A stretch of 58,761 nt of DNA, counting the filler, from Platydemus manokwari (Eukaryota), in assembly GCA_037951405.1 (NCBI GenBank). It is 5 parts of 5 records of this genome, joined end to end, with 100 filler letters (N's around TTAATTAATTAA, not from the genome) between each part and the next. Parts side by side here need not be neighbours in the genome. Positions count along the whole stretch, not along the records: positions 50,101 to 58,761 come from JBBMOY011350093.1; 4 more parts are not named here. One strand, given 5' to 3'. Made by a program: the position numbers and the translations under genes. Below the pieces are notes generated by a model, which had not been told where the DNA came from, searched no databases, and worked only from the letters and a program-made list of their open reading frames with translations. Of the stretch, positions 53,201 to 58,761 are shown one piece after another. Within the stretch, counting starts at the first letter, position 1. Each line of letters begins with the position of its first letter.

Positions 53201-54044
53201 TTTAAGTCACCAAGGGTTGCGAAAATTCTCACATAAGTAAAAATAAAAATTATTTTGAAGAGATATTTATTTTAACACACACACAAATATTTTATATAGT
53301 TGTGAGTTTTGATTTAAAAATTCTAGATAATTTAAAAATTTATATTTTTATAATTTTTGATACAATAAGTAATCGGAATGATTTTTATTGAATGTATTCA
53401 ATATTCTATGTCAAACGAATTTAAGGAATTATTATATTAAATATAAAACATATTTCTATTTTTATGATAATTAAAATATATTTTTGATTTAAATAATTGT
53501 TAATAAGTTGTTAATAAATGAAAATCAAAGCAGTAAAACAATTTCAATTTTAATTTTCTAGTTTTTTTGAAATTTATAATGAAAATTAATTGATTGGTAA
53601 AATAATTTTAATAATTTTAAAATTTACATTGCTTAAAATTTTAAGTCTGAAGTACAAGATTGTGAAAATTATTGTAATTTCATTACTTTCGATATAAAAT
53701 ACAGAAAATCAATAATATTTCTGAATTGATTTCAAAATATTACAACAGTTTAAATAATTACATCCATATAGTAATATCATGGAGATCATACTGTTTGTCG
53801 GTGCAATCAATAATCGTTGTCGTGTTGAGTGGACTTTTGAATTTCGTCTGATAGCTACAAACTTCCACAGAGTATTTCGATGATTGGATTTACTTTTGAC
53901 AATGGAGTTTTTAATAAAATAATCATCGATAAGTCCTTAATTTTTTGACTGAATTACGAATTAATGATTTGCACTTTCAATGCATGTCCATTTCCAGACA
54001 AATGTAAAAGCGGAAAATAAAATTTTTCCCATTTATTTATAATA

Positions 54045-54605
54045 CCTTGCGATTCATAAGTCTTCATCTTTAAAATTAAAATAAAACAACAGTAAGAAGA
54101 AATAAATGTATTGAGTTACTTTAATGTACAACAGACGTTTGTAAAGTTATACACACTCGTGGAGTTTCTCATTGATTTGTGCCACTGTTCGCTTTTTACG
54201 TAATTTAGCACATTGTCCTTCATGATTTCATAAACAGTCTTCCCGATCGCAACATACTGGATAAGTTTCCAGTTTCTTCAAACTTATGTATCCAGTACTA
54301 AACTGTTATCCTAGCTGGTGGTGCAGGATTGAAATATTGTTGAAATTCTTGGCAATCTTTGGCACTACTCTGGTACACTATTGAATGGCTAACTCTAAAC
54401 ACTCGATCGGCAAGCGAAAATTTAACATCACCATCTGCTTCCCTCATATTGTAATAATGCAACTGATTAATAAGAAATAAGAAATAAAGTTCATTAATCA
54501 GTGAATAATAATTAATATCAATGAGTATAAATATGTGAGTATGAATTATTTTGTGTTTTGTTGTTTTATTTTAGTTTTAGAGACGGAGACTTATGAATCA
54601 CACGA
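54045..54605 (-). mobile_element. Internally deleted Tc1/mariner-type transposon, most intact copy
   Basis: ~42-bp TIRs (CCTTGCGATTCATAAGTCTTCATCTTTAAAATTAAAATAAAAC / GTTTTATTTTAGTTTTAGAGACGGAGACTTATGAATCACACGA) with TA on both sides. The remnant reads ...KFEETGNLSSMLRSGR. Confidence 0.87.
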
Positions 54606-57600
54606 TATATAAGCAAACGTGGTTCATTGTGAGATTGGGGAAAATAGTTCTTTTCAGTAATAATTTTGTTTTATCATTGAAATTTGTGAAATTTTCAAAG
54701 GTTTTATAAACAATTTTGAATCTTTTTAAATAAAAAAAAGATTGAAATGTGATTAAAGAAATTATCTGGATATTCTGGTCGAATTTACTTTGAAATTGAG
54801 TTAAAAGGATAATTTAAAAAGTATAAAAATGGAGCAACAAAATAATAATGTCTGATAATGAACATGAGGAATAAATAGAGATGAAAATCGTAAACAAAAA
54901 GGGCAGAAATAGATTAAAAAATCACAAAAAGGGAAATGTTAACAATGTCCAAAAGACAATATAAATAAAACTATGAAACACAGCACGATGATTACGTGAT
55001 ATTTAAACGTACAATACATTTACGTTCATAGTTGAATTACATTTTAATATCGATCATTTGCGTTAAAATGATTATTAATCCATATCTTCCTAATCTTGTG
55101 AAAAATTATAAATGACAATCAACGATTGAGAATGAGCTCATTTTTGGTTGAGGAATTATTTTGTCTCTGAAACTATTAGTTAAAATTTTTTCTGTACAAG
55201 CAATCTTTGAATTTAATATTAATATTCTATTAGGTTGTAACTTTCACCCAGGACTACAATTAATTTAAATGGTTTAGACCCAGCCTAAACAAAGTTTAAT
55301 AAATCCATCGACGAAAAATCATAAAAAATTAAAAGTTGTCGATCGCATCAGCATTCTCAAACACGCTAAGCTATTCAGCAAAGAGCACACCTTCGGTAGA
55401 GAGACATGGGAAAATTAATTTGATTTATCATAACAATAGAACTCTAAATAATAATTTCACTAAATTCACCTGGATTTTGTTTCATAATCAATAATCATAT
55501 TTTTATTTTATCTATTTTTATATTATTATTAATAAATAAAACTAGTAATTATCATAAAATTTCCCAGCTATTCTGATCGATCATATATCGAATATTTTAG
55601 AATGGCGTAACAAATGACACACACACGCGTATATATATGCGAGTGTGTATGGCAGAGAGAGATGAAGATCATTGTATATTGTGAAATATAGAAAATTGAA
55701 TAAAATGTGTGAAGGAAATCAATAATTTTAAAGAACAAGGTTTTTGAGGATTTTAAACAAATAAATGTTAGCAACTATTAATAAAATATATCAGTAAACT
55801 AGCTTTGAATAATTATTTTTTATATATAATATAAATTCTACCCAATAATAAATCGTTCGTCTCATTTGAAGCGATAGAAAATTATTTACAAAAATTTTAA
55901 AATCTTTGATTGTCTTCACATCTCTTGTTTACTTATTTTATTTTTTTATTTAGAATTCTCTTTATCTATCCATAATCTCTAAACAATTCTTCATTACCTA
56001 ATCTATTCTCTATATCGTTTATCTTAGCTATATCTTCTATACTCTTTTTGATATTGATCCTCTCACACTGACATCCAAATGTGTAGCAACCTGATCAAGT
56101 GCTATTATTTTAACATTAAAGATCCAATGAAAACGATTTTAAGACATCAACACAAGACTGTATTTCTTTCATTTGAAAGGACAAAAACTTTTTTTTTTAA
56201 TAAAAAATTCAAAATTCTCGCATGACATAAATAACGGTATCACATAATCGATTTGAACCAAAATAATATAATAATGTCGATATCAAGTTTATTTTATTTT
56301 TAAAACTTTTTAAAAAATTATCTTCAATACATTATTATCATTGATTTTGATAATAATATTACTATAATAAAAGTGAATAGCAATTATATCGGTGAGGTTT
56401 GAAATTCCAAAAATATAATCTCAGTAATCTCTCAATTTGTTAAAAAAATATAAAATTAGTACAAATAATTTTATATAAACATTATTTTTAAGGTGATTTT
56501 TTATAAATTTCAAAAAAATCAAAATGGATGCATTTTAGTTTTAAAGAATGTTGAAAATAATGGAATATTTGTTTGAAATTGATGTATTTTAAAAATATAT
56601 TATTTTGTGCAGTAAAATTTTGTCTTCTGAATTAAACATGAAAAATGAGTAAGTGTTAGCAACTAACAGTCTGTAAGGCTGTATCATTCTTCTCCATTCA
56701 GTTTCCGAGGTATCCAATCATCATCAACTAACGATATCGATAAAAATATCAAACATAACATAAAACTTGATATTGATTCGGTGTTTTAGGAATATATTTA
56801 TGGATACTGTTCATAATTTTTCAATTACAGCTTTAATTTACATAATAAATCAATAAAATGACAATCCCGAATCTTTCCAGCTTGAAAGAATTCATAATTA
56901 TATATTTTAAATCAATAGATTTTCTGAAAACAATATTTACTGGATATTAAAGTGATAAATAAATATTGATTTTAAGTAGGCTTCAGTCCCAATTCGAGAA
57001 CTTCAAACGTAAATAATATCGAATAAAATCATTATTTTTTAAACGTATATCGACTAATCTCTTATTATCTACTTTTTAAAGTTAAACTTATTGATTTTAA
57101 AGAGATACATTTCGAAAATTGGAAAAAATAATTATGAAATTTATTTTGAAAATAGTTTTGAATGTCCAGTTTTAGAAATTAGAAAATTTTTACTTTAAAG
57201 AACACTCGTTATTTCCATTAAGTTTCCTATTCCAATTGTACTGCCTTGTGATCAGTTACCGATATTTTAAAATTCATTAAAATACAACTACGATGTTAAA
57301 ATGAATGAATTTGAGTCAGTTTAATAACAATACCGCCGCTTTTAAACCATTTTTATTTTTTTATCTTTGTCTTAACAAATAAATATTCAAAAAATAATTT
57401 ATAAGGTTTATACAATTTGTGAGTGTGTGTGCGTGTGGATGAAGTAATTTGAATAAAATATTAGCTATAGAAAATGAAGTGTCAAATAACTCTCACAGAA
57501 AACGAAATTGTTTTCAATGATTATGTCTTGAAATTTTCAATGTCAATTATAGTAGTAAAACTTTCCGTAAAAATCGATATTTCACATTTCGTTTCCAAGA

Positions 57601-57887
57601 GAAAATTAATTAAAATCGAAGAAACTGCATGAATAATACAATATATTTAATAGTTTAATGACAAAAGTTTTCCTGTAGAAAAACATAACTATAGCAAATC
57701 TTCCGTACGAAACCGTTTATTGTTGAATTTAGAATTCTAATTATATCGATTTTTTAGTTCAGGAAAAATCTAATATTTCATAATAATCGGCATTTATTGA
57801 TTTTATTTTCAAAAGATGAGCATTATTTTAGTTTTTATTGATTTCTGAGTAGTCCTAGTTATGGATGACATTTGCTAAATATATATA

Positions 57888-58365
57888 CCGTGCGATTCAT
57901 ACGTTTTCGTCTGTAAAATTAAAATTAAAAAAGAATATTTGAAAGTTTTTATTTTTTCTTCCTTGAGATATCTGGGAACAGAAGTTTATCAAGTCATATA
58001 CACTTGTGCAGTTTCTCGTTTATTTGTGCCATCATTAATTTACCACCTTTTCCTTCATGATTTCATCAGACGTTCTTCCTGATCGCAACATGGTGGAAAA
58101 GTTTCCAGTTTCTTCAAACTTCTGTCTCCAATATTGTACTGCTGTCCTAGCTGGTGGTACACGATTAAAATGTTGAAATTCTTGATAAGCTTTGACACTA
58201 CTCTGGTACAATATCGCATGGCTAACAATAATCACTCTACCCACAAGCGAAAATTATTTCCGCCATATTGTAATAATACAACTGAATTATAAGAAATAAA
58301 AAAATAAAGTACATTAATCAGTGAATAAGTGAGTATAAATTATTGTGTTTTTTGTGGTTTTATTT
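57888..58365 (-). mobile_element. Same mariner-derived element, copy 3 (one TIR lost)
   Basis: Terminus TA|CCGTGCGATTCATA. ORF 58035-58244 (QEFQHFNRVPPARTAVQYWRQKFEETGNFSTMLRSGR) resembles the N-terminal HTH (DUF4817-like) of Tc1/mariner transposases. Confidence 0.82.
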
Positions 58366-58761
58366 CTGCTATTGTCAGCTGATGAAAGCTTGTTGTTACA
58401 ACTTGCTATTTTGTTTGTAATTGCAATATTGTGAAGTTTACTAGTGCTATTAATAACATGTCTGCAGGGTCCACTTTGAAGTGCGACTTCTTCCCTCACT
58501 CATGGAGCGCAATGAGACTTCTCCACTCTTGATTGTATTGTAGGCAACACTTCTGATCATAGACCGGCCTCGTTATAATTCGTTTAGTTTTGGCGTGGGT
58601 GGTGTAGGAAACAAGTCTTACTTATCAATATTAACAAACAGAATATCGGATTGTATTCGGATTGTAAAACGTCGGATTTGTAAGTTATTTGTTTTTATTA
58701 TAATTTTAACTGTAATATTGGGTATTTATTTATGTTATTATAAAGTATATTTGGGGGCTTC

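Noticed and set aside
58376-58410. CTGATGA hammerhead-like motif
   Set aside because: No downstream GAAA at the right position.

Overview
Very AT-rich, intron-containing eukaryotic (animal) DNA. The axonemal-type dynein and beta-tubulin, SLC6 transporter and synaptobrevin point to a ciliated invertebrate; a flatworm-like source is only a guess. The window is not one contiguous locus. Four identical 100-nt artificial linkers (N44-TTAATTAATTAA-N44) join five pieces: 1-10702, 10803-21075, 21176-39009, 39110-50000 and 50101-58761. Genes were reconstructed by hand from GT-AG junctions. Partial genes: kelch/KLHL2-3-like (3' part), a divergent dynein heavy chain (3' end), a GlyT/PROT-like SLC6 transporter (3' half), beta-tubulin (3' end) and one synaptobrevin exon. 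Complete genes: a 77-aa secreted Cys-rich peptide, MAT2B, TCF19-like FHA-PHD, PSMA3 and SPT5. Introns and intergenic DNA hold at least four non-autonomous DNA-transposon families: mariner-derived, GGCT-terminus MITE, hAT MITE and piggyBac MITE. There are also degraded retroelement pieces. No clearly novel multi-gene system is demonstrable. The best leads are the Cys-rich peptide resembling a mainly fungal/algal family, a pair of tandem-duplicated symmetric mini-exons bracketed by two MITEs, and a candidate 6-nt microexon in the dynein gene.
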